Made by a program: the position numbers and the translations under genes | Notes under the pieces: model-generated | What the model saw: the letters and a program-made list of their open reading frames with translations, nothing else | What the model was told of the DNA's origin: nothing | Databases searched by the model: none | From: an uncultured Bacillota bacterium | GTDB lineage: Bacteria; Bacillota_I; Bacilli_A; RFN20; CAG-826 | NCBI GenBank assembly: GCA_949299565.1 | Contig: OX437086.1 | Span: 678,919-742,918 of the forward strand | DNA: 64,000 bases | Direction of reading: 5' to 3' | In this document: positions 19,269 to 30,490 of the stretch, in pieces | Numbering within the stretch: position 1 is the first letter of the stretch | Layout of the letters: each line of letters begins with the position of its first letter

Positions 19269-20648
19269 ATGGCAAATAAATTTAGTTTTGAGACGGTTAC
19301 ACGGCATTTACAAAATGCCGGGTATGTTTTTCCCGGCTCCCAAATATATGGCGGCCTAGCCAATAGTTGGGATTATGGACCGTTAGGGGTTGAAATCAAG
19401 CGCAACGTCTTGTTGGCGCATTGGAAGAAATTTGTTCAGGAATCGCCATATAATGTCGGACTAGATTCATCTATTCTCATGAATAAGAAGGTTTGGGAAG
19501 CGACGGGACACGCGACCGCTTTTAACGATCCGATGATTGATTGCAAAAATTGCCATGCGCGTTTCCGGGCCGACGATCTTTTAGAGGAGCAATACCCGGA
19601 TCTCGACGTTCATGCGCTCGGAAGCGATGATCTTAACAAAGCCTTGAAAACGCATCAATTAAAATGCCCTCGTTGCGGTTCTTCCTCCTTCACCGACGTT
19701 CGACAGTTCAACATGATGTTCAAAACTCACATTGGAGTTACTGATGATTCTGCTTCTTTAGTTTATTTACGACCGGAAACTGCACAAGGCGTCTTTGTTA
19801 ATTTCAAAAATGTCCAACGAGCGACAAGAAAGAAACTTCCGTTTGGAATCGTTCAGTCAGGCAAAGCTTTCCGCAACGAAATTACGCCGGGGAACTTCAC
19901 CTTTAGAACGCGTGAATTTGAACAGATTGAAATGGAATTCTTCTGCGAACCGGGAAGCGATCTTGAATGGTTTAAATATTGGAAGGAATATTGTCTCCGT
20001 TTCGTTGAAGGGCTTGGAATCAAGAAAGAAAACCTTCGTTTCCGTGATCACGAGCAAGAGGAATTGGCTTTCTATTCACGAGCAACAACGGATGTTGAAT
20101 ACGATTTCCCGACGCTTGGCTGGGGCGAAATTTTAGGAATCGCCGATCGCACTGACTATGATTTGAAGCGCCATCAAGAATATAGCGGTGAAGATTTAAC
20201 ATATTTTGATAGCGAGAAAAACGAACGTTATCTCCCGTATGTTATTGAACCATCGATGGGCTTGGATCGTTTAGTGCTTATGACATTAGTCGATGCTTAT
20301 GATGAAGAAGAATTGCCTGATAATGACAAGCGGATTGTTTTGCGTTTAGCGCCATTTTTAGCGCCATACAAAGTAGCGGTTCTCCCTCTTTCGAAAAAGC
20401 TTAACGAGAAGGCTTTTGAAGTTTTCAATATTTTATCGAAATATTTGATGTGCACTTATGATGTGACTGGTTCCATCGGAAAACGTTATCGTCGTCAAGA
20501 TGAAATCGGAACGCCATATTGCGTCACGATTGATTTCGACACGATAAACGATCAGAGCGTGACTGTTCGTGAACGCGATTCAATGAAACAAATAAGGCTT
20601 TCAATCACTGAATTAGTCAATTATTTGACGGTCAAGACTTTCTATTGA
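19269..20648 (+). CDS. glyQS: Glycine--tRNA ligase, alpha2 homodimeric type
   Basis: WDYGPLG, YLRPETAQG, FRNEITP, FRTREFEQ, IEPSMGLDR, SIGKRYRRQDEIGTP. Confidence 0.97.
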   Translation: MANKFSFETVTRHLQNAGYVFPGSQIYGGLANSWDYGPLGVEIKRNVLLAHWKKFVQESPYNVGLDSSILMNKKVWEATGHATAFNDPMIDCKNCHARFRADDLLEEQYPDLDVHALGSDDLNKALKTHQLKCPRCGSSSFTDVRQFNMMFKTHIGVTDDSASLVYLRPETAQGVFVNFKNVQRATRKKLPFGIVQSGKAFRNEITPGNFTFRTREFEQIEMEFFCEPGSDLEWFKYWKEYCLRFVEGLGIKKENLRFRDHEQEELAFYSRATTDVEYDFPTLGWGEILGIADRTDYDLKRHQEYSGEDLTYFDSEKNERYLPYVIEPSMGLDRLVLMTLVDAYDEEELPDNDKRIVLRLAPFLAPYKVAVLPLSKKLNEKAFEVFNILSKYLMCTYDVTGSIGKRYRRQDEIGTPYCVTIDFDTINDQSVTVRERDSMKQIRLSITELVNYLTVKTFY

Positions 20649-20704
20649 TGAAAGTAGTAAATAAGTAATTTATTAGTGGATATTATACATGGTATAAAGA
20701 TTTA

Positions 20705-22546
20705 ATGAGCATACCGAGTGATTTGATACAAAAAGTTTTAGAGAGGGCTGATATTGTTCAGATTATTTCTCGTTATTTAGACGTTCAAAAAAGAGGGTCT
20801 CTCTATTTAGCTATTTGCCCCTTTCATAACGACTCACATCCATCTTTGACGATTTCGCCTGAAAAAAGAATCTTCAAATGCTTCGCTTGCGGAACCGGCG
20901 GAAACGCGATTACGTTCGTGCAAAAAATTGAGGGTCTCTCTTTTGAAGAGGCAGTGAAAAAAGTCGCCGATTTAAGCGGCGTGAGCGATGAACGGTTAAA
21001 CGTCAATTATCAAAAGCAAAATAAAGATCCTTCGCTTGAACCTCTCGAGAAATGCATTGCCGATCTCGCTCTTTATTATTCATACGCCTTAGGAACCGAA
21101 GAAGGGAAAGCGGCGCGCGAATATTTGTTGTTGCGCGGACTCAATGATTATGACATCGGACGCTACGAAATCGGTTACGCGCCTTTTGATGGCGAAAAAA
21201 CCATCAAATTTCTAATTGCGAAAGGACATTCGCTTCATAGCATCGAAGAAATTGGAGTAACGATTTTAAAAAGTCGCGGGTTAAGCGATAAAAATGCCGG
21301 ACGCGTGATTTTTCCTCTTCATGATCAAAACGGCCACGTCATCGGCTTTTCAGCTCGAAAACTGCAAAATGACGAGAGCCCTAAATACATCAATAGTCCG
21401 GAAACGCCTCTCTTTCATAAGTCGCAAGTTCTTTATAACTATCACCGTGCGAAAGAGATTGCTCATCGCGTCGGTTATGTTTACCTCCTCGAAGGGTTTA
21501 TGGATGTCATCGCTTTAGGAAAAGCGGGTGTTGATTCCGCGATTGCTTTGATGGGAACTTCTTTAAGTGCTGAGCATTTAAAGATGCTTCGTTATCTCAA
21601 CACTGAAATTCGCTTGGCTCTCGATGGGGATTTGGCGGGGCAAGAAGGAATGATTAAGGCTTTGCCAGCACTTCAAAAGGCACGCCTGAATGTCCGCGTG
21701 CTTTCGGATTTAAATGAAACGCGTGATGAAGATGAGATTTTAAAAGAAGGAGGAGCGGAGGCTTTAAAGAGCCATTTGAACCAATTGGTAAATCCCTTTG
21801 AATTCCAGCTTCGTTATTATTTAAATTATCGAAAATTGGAGACAAAACAAGAAAGGGAGCGTGTTATAAGTCACTTTCTTCCTTACATTTCTTCTTTACG
21901 ACCCGGAATCGAGAAAGAAGACGCTTTGATTCGTTTAGCGTCCGCTACCGGCTACGACAAGGAAGCCATTCGCTCTCTTGTTGAACAAAAAACATTTGAT
22001 AAGCCGTCCTATAATCAAGTTAATTTACATGAACTTTTTGCAAGTTCTTCAGCAAAAGATGTTAGAAAAAAAGAACAAAAAGAAACGCGTTTATATCGCT
22101 CTGAAAAAGAAATTTTGCATTACATGTTTACGGAACGCGCGGCGCTTGACTTCTTTTTGCACCATATCGACGCTTTCTATGATGAACTTTTAAATGAACT
22201 AGCCGATTATGTGATTGATTATGCGGAAAAAAGAGGATTGCCAGTCGATATTGCTCTTTTGATGAGCGATATCGAGATGAGTGAGAATTCTAGCAAAGAG
22301 GATTTAATCGCTCTTGCCAATGACGTCGCCTTCGATGAGAATGAACCACCCTTCGCTTTGAAGAATTTATTGAACTGTCAACGCGTCATCAATGAAGAAA
22401 AAGAGAAGATTCATGATCATGGCGAGACATCAAAACTCATGAAGGATCGCGATCCGCGCGTTCAGGCACAGGCGATTGAAGAATATGCGAAGAAAAAGCG
22501 TCAACGTCTTAAAAATAGAAAGAAAGAACAAGGAGAAAAACAATGA
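20705..22546 (+). CDS. dnaG: DNA primase
   Basis: CPFH..CFAC zinc finger, [26 protein letters not shown]. Confidence 0.98.
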   Translation: MSIPSDLIQKVLERADIVQIISRYLDVQKRGSLYLAICPFHNDSHPSLTISPEKRIFKCFACGTGGNAITFVQKIEGLSFEEAVKKVADLSGVSDERLNVNYQKQNKDPSLEPLEKCIADLALYYSYALGTEEGKAAREYLLLRGLNDYDIGRYEIGYAPFDGEKTIKFLIAKGHSLHSIEEIGVTILKSRGLSDKNAGRVIFPLHDQNGHVIGFSARKLQNDESPKYINSPETPLFHKSQVLYNYHRAKEIAHRVGYVYLLEGFMDVIALGKAGVDSAIALMGTSLSAEHLKMLRYLNTEIRLALDGDLAGQEGMIKALPALQKARLNVRVLSDLNETRDEDEILKEGGAEALKSHLNQLVNPFEFQLRYYLNYRKLETKQERERVISHFLPYISSLRPGIEKEDALIRLASATGYDKEAIRSLVEQKTFDKPSYNQVNLHELFASSSAKDVRKKEQKETRLYRSEKEILHYMFTERAALDFFLHHIDAFYDELLNELADYVIDYAEKRGLPVDIALLMSDIEMSENSSKEDLIALANDVAFDENEPPFALKNLLNCQRVINEEKEKIHDHGETSKLMKDRDPRVQAQAIEEYAKKKRQRLKNRKKEQGEKQ

Positions 22547-23874
22547 AAAAGACTGGAGAAAACAACATCAAAGAAAAAAAGAAAAGTGCAGCGAAAGGCA
22601 AAAAAATTAAAGATGTTGACGAGGAAGTTCTCGACGACGATGTAGAATTCGGCTACATCAAATCTTTAGAACAAATCAAAAGTCAACTTTTGAAGCGCGG
22701 GAAGCAAAGCGGATTTTTAGATATCGGAGACATCCTTGATGCGACTGAAAAACTCGATTTGAGCGACGATGATTTGGAGTCGCTTATGAGTTTTTTCAAA
22801 GACCAAGGAATCAAGGTCGAAAACGATGATGAATTGAGCGATGATTTAGACCAAGAAGACGTTTCCGAAGCAGAACTTTTAGCCCTTGAAAAGGAAGGCG
22901 CGGACTTAGACGATGTCGATGATGTTGACGACAATCCCGAAAAAGAAAAATTAGCTGATGTCGATGAATTCTCGACGATGCAAGCCGGCGAAGTCAAAGT
23001 CAACGACTCCGTTAAGATGTATTTAAAGGAAATCGGAAAGGTTGATCTTTTAAAGCCGTCTGAAGAGACTGAACTTGCGAAAAGAATCGCGGAAGGCGAT
23101 ATGGACGCTAAGAATCAATTGATTACGGCTAACCTTCGTTTAGTTATTTCGATTGCCAAGCATTATGTTGGTCGTGGAATGCATTTCCTCGATTTGATTC
23201 AAGAAGGCAATATGGGTCTCATTAAAGCTGTTGAAAAATTCGATTATAAGAAAGGCTTTAAATTTTCAACTTATGCAACATGGTGGATTCGGCAAGCAAT
23301 CACGCGGGCGATCGCCGATCAAGCGCGAACCATTCGGATTCCAGTCCACATGGTCGAAACAATCAATAAGATGACGCGCGTCCAACGTCAATTGGTTCAA
23401 GAATTCGGACGTGATCCAACCGCGGAGGAGATTTCAGTGAGAATGGGTGGAAGCCTTTCGCCCGAACGCATTCGCGAAATCCAAAGGATCGCTCTTGAGC
23501 CTGTGTCATTAGAGACGCCGATCGGCGAAGAAGATGATTCGCATTTAGGAGACTTTATCGAAGATAAAGAGACGCAAAGTCCGGAAGAATATACGACAAA
23601 GTCACTTTTAAAAGACGAATTATATGAAATCATGAAAGATTTGACGCCGCGTGAAGAAAAGGTTTTGCGTTTACGATATGGTCTCGATGATAATCGTCCT
23701 CGAACGCTTGAAGAGGTCGGACGTGAATTCGGGGTAACACGCGAGAGAATTCGACAAATTGAAGCGAAAGCTATCCGTAAATTACGCCATCCAACACGGG
23801 CGAAAAAGCTTGGTGATTATCGCGATGCGATTTATGCCTCTGGGCCCGAAACCCACGCGAAAGGGGATAAGTAG
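22543..23874 (+). CDS. rpoD: Primary sigma factor SigA/RpoD
   Basis: [38 protein letters not shown]. Confidence 0.99.
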   Translation: MKKTGENNIKEKKKSAAKGKKIKDVDEEVLDDDVEFGYIKSLEQIKSQLLKRGKQSGFLDIGDILDATEKLDLSDDDLESLMSFFKDQGIKVENDDELSDDLDQEDVSEAELLALEKEGADLDDVDDVDDNPEKEKLADVDEFSTMQAGEVKVNDSVKMYLKEIGKVDLLKPSEETELAKRIAEGDMDAKNQLITANLRLVISIAKHYVGRGMHFLDLIQEGNMGLIKAVEKFDYKKGFKFSTYATWWIRQAITRAIADQARTIRIPVHMVETINKMTRVQRQLVQEFGRDPTAEEISVRMGGSLSPERIREIQRIALEPVSLETPIGEEDDSHLGDFIEDKETQSPEEYTTKSLLKDELYEIMKDLTPREEKVLRLRYGLDDNRPRTLEEVGREFGVTRERIRQIEAKAIRKLRHPTRAKKLGDYRDAIYASGPETHAKGDK

Positions 23875-24542
23875 TGAAGATTTCCTTGCGTTTAAAAACG
23901 CTTGGAGATCTCGTCGAGCCGACTTTTTATCTCGCTGATGTTGGAAGCGATCATGCATTGCTCCCTCTTTATCTTTTTTCACAAGAAAAGATTCAAAAAG
24001 CGCAGCTGATTGAAAATAAAATCGGGCCATATAAGAGAATGGAAAAAGCTGTTTCTCTTTCTCCTTATCATAGTCAATGTCTTTTAACTTTATCCGATGG
24101 TCTTTCTGAGCTTGATAAGGATGTCTCGGCAATCGTTGTAGCCGGAATGGGAGGACAATTGATATCTTCGATTTTAAAGCGCGATGAGGAAAAATTAAAA
24201 AGCATCGACGACTTATATATCGACGCTCATTCGGAACGCTCGGAACTTTTAATGTCTTTAGGCGAGCTTTCTTATTCGCTGGTGGATTCGATTTTTCTCG
24301 AGGACGAGCATAAATTTTATGATTTATGGCATTTAAAGAGAACGAAAAACAAAGTTCTATACAATGAAAAAGAAGCATTGTTTGGACCTCTCCATTTAAA
24401 AAACAAAGAAGCATCATGGGTCAAATATTGGGAAGCGCAAAAAAAAGAAAAGGAGACGATCCTTTTAAATAAAGAAGTACCAACCTTCAAAAGAAGCATT
24501 CTTGAAAAAGAAATATCGATGATAGAGGAAGCTTTAAGATGA
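23874..24542 (+). CDS. trmK: tRNA m1A22 methyltransferase TrmK
   Basis: ADVGSDHA.LP, DGL, AGMGG; position after sigA. Confidence 0.92.
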   Translation: MKISLRLKTLGDLVEPTFYLADVGSDHALLPLYLFSQEKIQKAQLIENKIGPYKRMEKAVSLSPYHSQCLLTLSDGLSELDKDVSAIVVAGMGGQLISSILKRDEEKLKSIDDLYIDAHSERSELLMSLGELSYSLVDSIFLEDEHKFYDLWHLKRTKNKVLYNEKEALFGPLHLKNKEASWVKYWEAQKKEKETILLNKEVPTFKRSILEKEISMIEEALR

Positions 24543-25309
24543 AAACACGAGCGTTAATTAAAAAGTTATCTAATCTTTATCCGAAACATCTTTCTGAGAG
24601 CTATGACCATGTCGGATTGATGGTAGGGCCTTTAAAAAGCGAAGTTCAGCGCGTTTTGTTGGCGCTAGATTATGACGAAACAGTCTACGAAGAAGCACGA
24701 AAGCAGAATGTTGAAATGGTCATTACTCATCACCCGTTTCTCTTCGGAAAGAGAAACTTCATTTTAAAAAATAATCCAGAAAAATCCTCTCTTTATAAGA
24801 AAAGTCAAGAAGCCGGGCTTATGGTTTACGCCTTTCATACGAATTTCGATAATGCAATAAACGGGATGAACGACTTTTTATCAAAGAAATTAGGATTGGT
24901 AAATGTTACAAATTATCCTTTATATCCAGGTTTACGAATCGGCGATTTAAGAGAAACGATGGAACGAGAAGATTTTGTGAAAATGGCTCTTAAAAAATTA
25001 GAGGTGCCGTATGGCTTGCTGCTCGATTATGGAACTAAAAAAATTCAAAAAGTCGGAATCGTTGGCGGGGCCGGATCTTTCTATTGGAAAGAAGCGAAGG
25101 AATTAGGCGCGGATATCTTCATTTCTGGCGATGTTCCGCATCACGCAAGGCGCGATATGGTAAATGCCGGAGTCAATTATTTAGATATTCCGCATGAAGT
25201 CGAAAGAATTTTTATTGAAAGCTTTAAAGAAATTTTACTTAAAATCGACCAAAAACTTACTATTTTTACATTAGATCATGAGCGCGAGCCGCGCGTTATA
25301 ATTTCTTGA
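24539..25309 (+). CDS. Nif3-like dinuclear metal protein (YqfO family)
   Basis: DHVGLMVG, ITHHP, HTNFD, GGAG, PHEVE. Confidence 0.92.
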   Translation: MKTRALIKKLSNLYPKHLSESYDHVGLMVGPLKSEVQRVLLALDYDETVYEEARKQNVEMVITHHPFLFGKRNFILKNNPEKSSLYKKSQEAGLMVYAFHTNFDNAINGMNDFLSKKLGLVNVTNYPLYPGLRIGDLRETMEREDFVKMALKKLEVPYGLLLDYGTKKIQKVGIVGGAGSFYWKEAKELGADIFISGDVPHHARRDMVNAGVNYLDIPHEVERIFIESFKEILLKIDQKLTIFTLDHEREPRVIIS

Positions 25310-26153
25310 GATATCTGAGCACATCATCATAGATTTCTTCAGGAGTTGAGGCGCCTGATGTCAAAGCAATTTTCTTAATCTTTTTCAAATCGGATTTTTT
25401 GATATCTTCCACGTTATCGATCATCATGGCTTCGCTATTGGGGTGACTGATTTTTGCGACTTCTAAAAGCTTTTTTGAATTATTGCTGCTTTTTGAACCG
25501 ATGATGATGAATAGATCGCAGTCATCTGGAGCGCTTTTTACCGCCTCTTGATGTTCAAATGTCGCCCGACAACGACCGTTCAAAAATTGAAAATCAGGAT
25601 ATGTTGTTTCGATATATTCTTTAACTTCCTTGAAATTTTCTTCCGCCATCGTCGTTTGAGCAAGCCCGATTATCTTTTCATCTTTTTTTAGAGTCGGGAC
25701 GCTTTCTCGATCAGAAATTAAATAAATGCGCGGAGAGATTGAAAGAATGGCTTTAGCTTCAGCGTGATCTTTTTCGCCGAAATAAAAAACATAAGAGCCG
25801 GCGTTCACGGCATCAACAATTCTTTGTTTATTGATTTCAACGAAAGGACAAGTTGCATCGATAATTTCAAGTCCTCTTCTTTTAGTTGCTTCATCATATT
25901 TTATGGGGTGACCGTGAGCGCCGAATAAAATTAGAGCGTCTTTGTCTAATCTCTCGACACTTTCTAAAAAGTTTTCATCGTTTAGAAAAATCGCTCCTCT
26001 CTCTTTAAGCTTTTGATTCACGAAGTCGTTATGGACTAAGGAGCCAACGATATAGAGCTTCTTATCTTTTTTTACGGCTTCTTGAGCCAAAGAGATGGCT
26101 CTTTTGACGCCGCTACAGAAACCATGTGGTCGTACTTCAAACACTTCCATCAT
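25296..26153 (-). CDS. ispH: 4-hydroxy-3-methylbut-2-enyl diphosphate reductase
   Basis: GFCSGVKRA, VHN, AHG, DATCPFV, QTT, SSNS, SGASTP. Confidence 0.96.
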   Translation of the reverse strand: MMEVFEVRPHGFCSGVKRAISLAQEAVKKDKKLYIVGSLVHNDFVNQKLKERGAIFLNDENFLESVERLDKDALILFGAHGHPIKYDEATKRRGLEIIDATCPFVEINKQRIVDAVNAGSYVFYFGEKDHAEAKAILSISPRIYLISDRESVPTLKKDEKIIGLAQTTMAEENFKEVKEYIETTYPDFQFLNGRCRATFEHQEAVKSAPDDCDLFIIIGSKSSNNSKKLLEVAKISHPNSEAMMIDNVEDIKKSDLKKIKKIALTSGASTPEEIYDDVLRYLKKL

Positions 26154-26213
26154 TTAAATAATATAGAATCCTTTTGCTGGAGGTCCAAGCCATATTCCTT
26201 ATAATTTAAATGT

Positions 26214-27560
26214 ATGTCATTCCGTTCATTTAATCTTTCTAAGACGATGATCGAGGCGCTTGAAGCGCTGAATTATCGCGAGCCATCGAAAATTCAACTC
26301 AAAGTGATTCCCAGGGTTCTACGCGGAGAATCGCTTTTAGCTAGATCACCAACAGGAAGCGGGAAAACGCACGCTTATTTAGTTCCCATCATCGATCGAA
26401 TTGATTTAAACAAACAAAATCTCCAAGCTTTAATCATTGCTCCATCACGAGAATTAGCGAGGCAAATAGACGCTTTTGCGCGTGAATTTGTTCCGTTTTT
26501 CCCAGGATTAAAGATTCGTTTATATACGAGCGAAACTTCAACTAAAGAAAACATTGAAGGGCGGACAATCCCTCCTCATATAGCAATCGGAACTCCCGGA
26601 CGCTTGGCTGATCTTTTTAAAAATGTTGGCCTGTATTCATTAAAGGAAGTAAGAACGCTTGTGTTAGATGAAGCTGATCTTCTAGCGGAGAACGATTATT
26701 TTTCAATGATTCAAGAAGTTACGAAGCGACTTCCGTCTGAAACGGAGGTTTTAGTCTTTTTGGCAACTTTAAATCCGCAATTGCAAGCCTTCCTTGGCAA
26801 GGAATTTGGAAGCCGTCTATTGATTGATCAAGATAACGGCGGCACTTCATCAGACGTCACGCATTTTTTGCTCGATCTTCATCATCAAGGCGTCGTTTCT
26901 TCTCTTGTGAGTTTTTTAAAGGCGAAGCCGGCTTATTCAACGCTCATTTTTGCTTCAAGCAAGGATAAAGCACATGAAATTTATGAGCATCTCAAGCATA
27001 ACGGATACCCGGTTCTTTATTTCGGCGGAGATCTTGACGCCCGCGAACGTAAACGCGCCTTAAAATCTTTAAAAAATGATGAATATCCTTACATCGTCTC
27101 TACTGATTTATTGTCGCGCGGAATGGATCTTCCGTCATTAGACCGCGTTATTTCTATCGATCTTCCAAACGATTTATCTTTCTATGCTCATCGTTCGGGA
27201 AGAACTGGTCGTTTCGGAAGAAGCGGTGAGTCATGGGTTTTTCTGACAGAAGAAAGTGCAATGAAAGCCAAAACTCTTCTCGATAACGGCGTTCCGTTTA
27301 TCTTTTATGCTTTAAAAGGCGGGGAAGTTGTCCCGGATAAACGTCCCATTTTTGAAAAGAAAAAAAACAAGCGAAAGAAAGAGCTACCAAAAGAAGAAAT
27401 TAAAGAAATCAAAATTGTCAAAGCACGTTTCAAGAGTCGTCACGTTGAACCGATGCATCGGAAAAAGCAGGCAATCGCGATCGAAAGAGTCAAGGAACGT
27501 TATCGGCAAAAGGCCATTAGAGCGGCAATTCAAAAAAAGAAAAAGGAAACAAAATCATGA
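26214..27560 (+). CDS. cshB: DEAD-box RNA helicase (CshB-like)
   Basis: PTGSGKT, PSRELA, TPGR, DEAD, HRSGRTGR; position before nfo. Confidence 0.88.
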   Translation: MSFRSFNLSKTMIEALEALNYREPSKIQLKVIPRVLRGESLLARSPTGSGKTHAYLVPIIDRIDLNKQNLQALIIAPSRELARQIDAFAREFVPFFPGLKIRLYTSETSTKENIEGRTIPPHIAIGTPGRLADLFKNVGLYSLKEVRTLVLDEADLLAENDYFSMIQEVTKRLPSETEVLVFLATLNPQLQAFLGKEFGSRLLIDQDNGGTSSDVTHFLLDLHHQGVVSSLVSFLKAKPAYSTLIFASSKDKAHEIYEHLKHNGYPVLYFGGDLDARERKRALKSLKNDEYPYIVSTDLLSRGMDLPSLDRVISIDLPNDLSFYAHRSGRTGRFGRSGESWVFLTEESAMKAKTLLDNGVPFIFYALKGGEVVPDKRPIFEKKKNKRKKELPKEEIKEIKIVKARFKSRHVEPMHRKKQAIAIERVKERYRQKAIRAAIQKKKKETKS

Positions 27561-28432
27561 TGTATATTGGTTCTCATCTTAATATGTCGGGCCCTGAATA
27601 TTATCTAGGGACCGTGAAGAAGGCTTTTGAGTATGGAGAAACCGCCTTTATGTTTTATACGGGCGCTCCGCAGAACACGAAGCGATTGCCGACTAGTTCT
27701 TTAAAGATTGAAGAAGCGAGAGCGCTATTAAAAGAACAACAGTTCAACGAAGAAATGATTGTCGTTCATGCGCCGTACATCATTAATCTCGGCAATATCA
27801 TCAAACCAGAAGTCGGGGAATTGGCTGTTTCCTTTTTGAAACAAGAGATTAAAAGAACAGCAGATTTTCACGTGCGGAAACTTGTTTTACATCCCGGTTC
27901 TAGCGTTGGAGCTGAAAAAGAGATTGTTCTCAAAACAATCGCCCAACGTTTAGATGAAGTTTTAATCGATGATCATCATGATGTTTTGATTCTTTTAGAG
28001 ACGATGGCTGGTAAAGGAAGCGAAGTCGGATCTTCTTTTTCTGAATTAGCTGAGTTGATCAATCTCTCGCATTTTCCAGAGCGGCTCGGGGTTTGTCTTG
28101 ATACTTGCCATATTCATGATGCCGGCTATCGCGAGGACGATGTTAAAGGAGTTTTGAAAGAATTTGATGAAACAATCGGCCTTTCAAAATTAAAGGCCAT
28201 TCATTTAAACGACTCTAAAAACCCGCGGGCGTCGCATAAAGATCGTCACGAAAATATCGGATATGGCGACATTGGCTTTTTAACGCTTCATAAATGGGCA
28301 TTAAAAGGAGAAGAATTGGGGATCCCGGTTATTTTAGAGACGCCATATTTTCAAGAAAAAGCACCATATAAGAAAGAAATTGAAATGTTAAGAAAGGGGG
28401 AGATAGAAGATTCTTGGCGCGACAAATTATGA
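27557..28432 (+). CDS. nfo: Endonuclease IV
   Basis: HAPYIINL, LHPG, LETMAGKG, CLDTCH, HLNDSK, DRHENIG. Confidence 0.97.
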   Translation: MMYIGSHLNMSGPEYYLGTVKKAFEYGETAFMFYTGAPQNTKRLPTSSLKIEEARALLKEQQFNEEMIVVHAPYIINLGNIIKPEVGELAVSFLKQEIKRTADFHVRKLVLHPGSSVGAEKEIVLKTIAQRLDEVLIDDHHDVLILLETMAGKGSEVGSSFSELAELINLSHFPERLGVCLDTCHIHDAGYREDDVKGVLKEFDETIGLSKLKAIHLNDSKNPRASHKDRHENIGYGDIGFLTLHKWALKGEELGIPVILETPYFQEKAPYKKEIEMLRKGEIEDSWRDKL

Positions 28433-29488
28433 TAAATGTCGCTTTTTAGCCAAATCTTCAATCTCAGCAATTAAAATCTTCTCAGCTTCCTCTTCTTTGA
28501 TTGTTTTGATAATGTTCCCTTCTTTAAAAAGAACAAAACTTTGGCGTCCGCCGGCGATTCCGATATCGGCATGTTTGGCCTCGCCTGGTCCGTTGACGAC
28601 GCAGCCCATGACTGCAACAACGAGCGGATAACGTTTCTCCTCTAGATATTTTTGAATTCTTTTGGCTAACGGCAAAAGATCAACTTCCGTGCGTCCGCAA
28701 GTGGGGCACGAGATAAATGTCGGATAATTCTCCAACAGTCCCAAATCATGTAGAAGGCGGGAAGCTGCTTTTACTTCTTCTTCCGGTTCTTCGCTCATTG
28801 AAATTCTAATAGTGTCGCCTAAACCCTCAATTAAAAGAGGCGCTAAGCCGGCGCTGGAGCGAATCAAAGAAATTTCGCTTGGACCAGCCTCTGTTATTCC
28901 TAAATGTAATGGGTAAGGGAAATAGTCAGCAGCCAGTTCATAAGCTTTAATCGTCGTGCGGACATCAGAGCCTTTTAACGATAAGACGATATTTGTAAAA
29001 CCTTCATTTTCAAAGAAAGCAACTGCTTTTTTTGTAGCGTCAAAAAGACTTTCGGGTGTTGGCTTCTCGTGCTTTGGTAGCGATCCGCCGTTGACGCCGA
29101 TTCTAATTGCAACGCTTTTCTTTTTCGCTAATTTTATTATTTCTTTTAATGCAGCCTCTTCTTGCAGGTTGCCAGGATTTATGCGAATGGCGTTCGCGCC
29201 GTTCTCCAATGTTTTTAAGGCTAACGATGAAGAAAAATGAATGTCGGCGACGAGAGGAAGCGAAGATTCCTTGCTTAAAATTTTAAAGGCTTCGGCATCT
29301 TCTTCATCTAAAACAGAAAGGCGCATCAATTCCGCGCCTAAAACTTTGACGCGCTCTATTTGTGATAAAACATCGCTGATTCTTGAAGTTTTAATGTTGC
29401 TCATCGTCTGAATGACAACGTGGTTTTGTCCGCCGATTTGAAGATCTTTCAGGTAAACGGGACGAGTTTTTGTGCGCGTGTATTTCAT
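28427..29488 (-). CDS. ispG: HMBPP synthase IspG
   Basis: VADIHF, RINPGN, RIGVNGGSL, HLGITEAG, SCPTCGR, MGCVVNGPGE; start reassigned to MKYTRTKTR. Confidence 0.97.
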   Translation of the reverse strand: MKYTRTKTRPVYLKDLQIGGQNHVVIQTMSNIKTSRISDVLSQIERVKVLGAELMRLSVLDEEDAEAFKILSKESSLPLVADIHFSSSLALKTLENGANAIRINPGNLQEEAALKEIIKLAKKKSVAIRIGVNGGSLPKHEKPTPESLFDATKKAVAFFENEGFTNIVLSLKGSDVRTTIKAYELAADYFPYPLHLGITEAGPSEISLIRSSAGLAPLLIEGLGDTIRISMSEEPEEEVKAASRLLHDLGLLENYPTFISCPTCGRTEVDLLPLAKRIQKYLEEKRYPLVVAVMGCVVNGPGEAKHADIGIAGGRQSFVLFKEGNIIKTIKEEEAEKILIAEIEDLAKKRHLS

Positions 29489-29622
29489 CGTATATAGATT
29501 ATAGTGAAAGATAAGCAAAAGGATAGAGAAGTAGCATCGATGGAATAGAAAAACCCGCTCTAGACTTAGATGGTGAGAGGTGATAATATCTAACGCGCTA
29601 AGAAAAGAGGGGTGAAGAGTAG

Positions 29623-29790
29623 ATGGCAAATAAGAATGCAAAAAGGATCAATACGACCCTCAAGTGCAGTGAATGTGGCGAACATAACTATATTTCGACG
29701 CGCAATAAGCGGAACCACCCTGAAAAGTTAGAAATCATGAAGTTCTGCTCTCGCTGCAATAAGATGACGCTTCATAAGGAGGCCAAGTAG
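29623..29790 (+). CDS. rpmG: 50S ribosomal protein L33 (Zn-binding form; not in ORF track)
   Basis: Manual translation [63 protein letters not shown]. Confidence 0.97.
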   Translation: MANKNAKRINTTLKCSECGEHNYISTRNKRNHPEKLEIMKFCSRCNKMTLHKEAK

Positions 29791-29793
29791 TTC

Positions 29794-30435
29794 TTGGCTT
29801 TAAATATTCGGCGTCTTGTTGCGCCAGTAGCACAAAGCAATGTTTATCTGGTCCGGAAGGATAATCTCCTTCCGGTCCTTTTTGATACTGGAAGCCCTGA
29901 TGGCCGATGGCTGTTAAAGATTTTAAAGCAAGAAAAGATTGATTTGGCGGCTATTTTCTTGACGCATGGACATTTTGATCATATCGGAGGACTTGCCTCT
30001 CTTTCTTCTTTAGATGTGCCGACATATCTTGCTATCGAGGATCAAGAATTTCTTTTAGATCCTGAATACAACGGGAGTCTATATTTCGGATTACCGCCTT
30101 TGATGATTGAAGTCAACGCCACCGACTTTTTAGACGGCGAAGTGATTGAATGCCCAAAAGCCGGTTTAAAGATTAAAGCGATTAAAACGCCGTTTCATAC
30201 ACGAGGATCGTCTTGCTTTTATCTAGAAGAGGCTAAAATTCTTTTTACGGGCGATACCCTATTTCGAGGCTCAATCGGGCGCGATGATTTAATGGGCGCT
30301 TGTCCGCGTTTTTTAAGCGCTAGTCTTCATAAGATTACATCTTTAAAAGGTGAAACCGTAATTTATCCCGGACATGGAGCAATGTCGACTCTCGACTTTG
30401 AAAAGAAAAATAATCCGTTCTTAAAAAATATATAA
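29794..30435 (+). CDS. MBL-fold metallohydrolase (glyoxalase II/YqgX-like)
   Basis: THGHFDH, TPFHT.GS, FTGDTLF, YPGHG; TTG start with SD AAGGAGG in the rpmG 3' end. Confidence 0.92.
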   Translation: MALNIRRLVAPVAQSNVYLVRKDNLLPVLFDTGSPDGRWLLKILKQEKIDLAAIFLTHGHFDHIGGLASLSSLDVPTYLAIEDQEFLLDPEYNGSLYFGLPPLMIEVNATDFLDGEVIECPKAGLKIKAIKTPFHTRGSSCFYLEEAKILFTGDTLFRGSIGRDDLMGACPRFLSASLHKITSLKGETVIYPGHGAMSTLDFEKKNNPFLKNI

Positions 30436-30490
30436 GGTGGAAAAAAGCGTCTACAAGTGGTAGATTTTCTCAGGATAAGGAGTTTTAACA

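Noticed and set aside
23782..24417. 211-aa antisense ORF and many other short shadow ORFs
   Set aside because: They overlap well-supported conserved genes and show no recognisable motifs
29489..29641. ORF-track N-terminal extension of ispG
   Set aside because: Overlaps rpmG and the divergent promoter region; IspG similarity starts at ATG 29488
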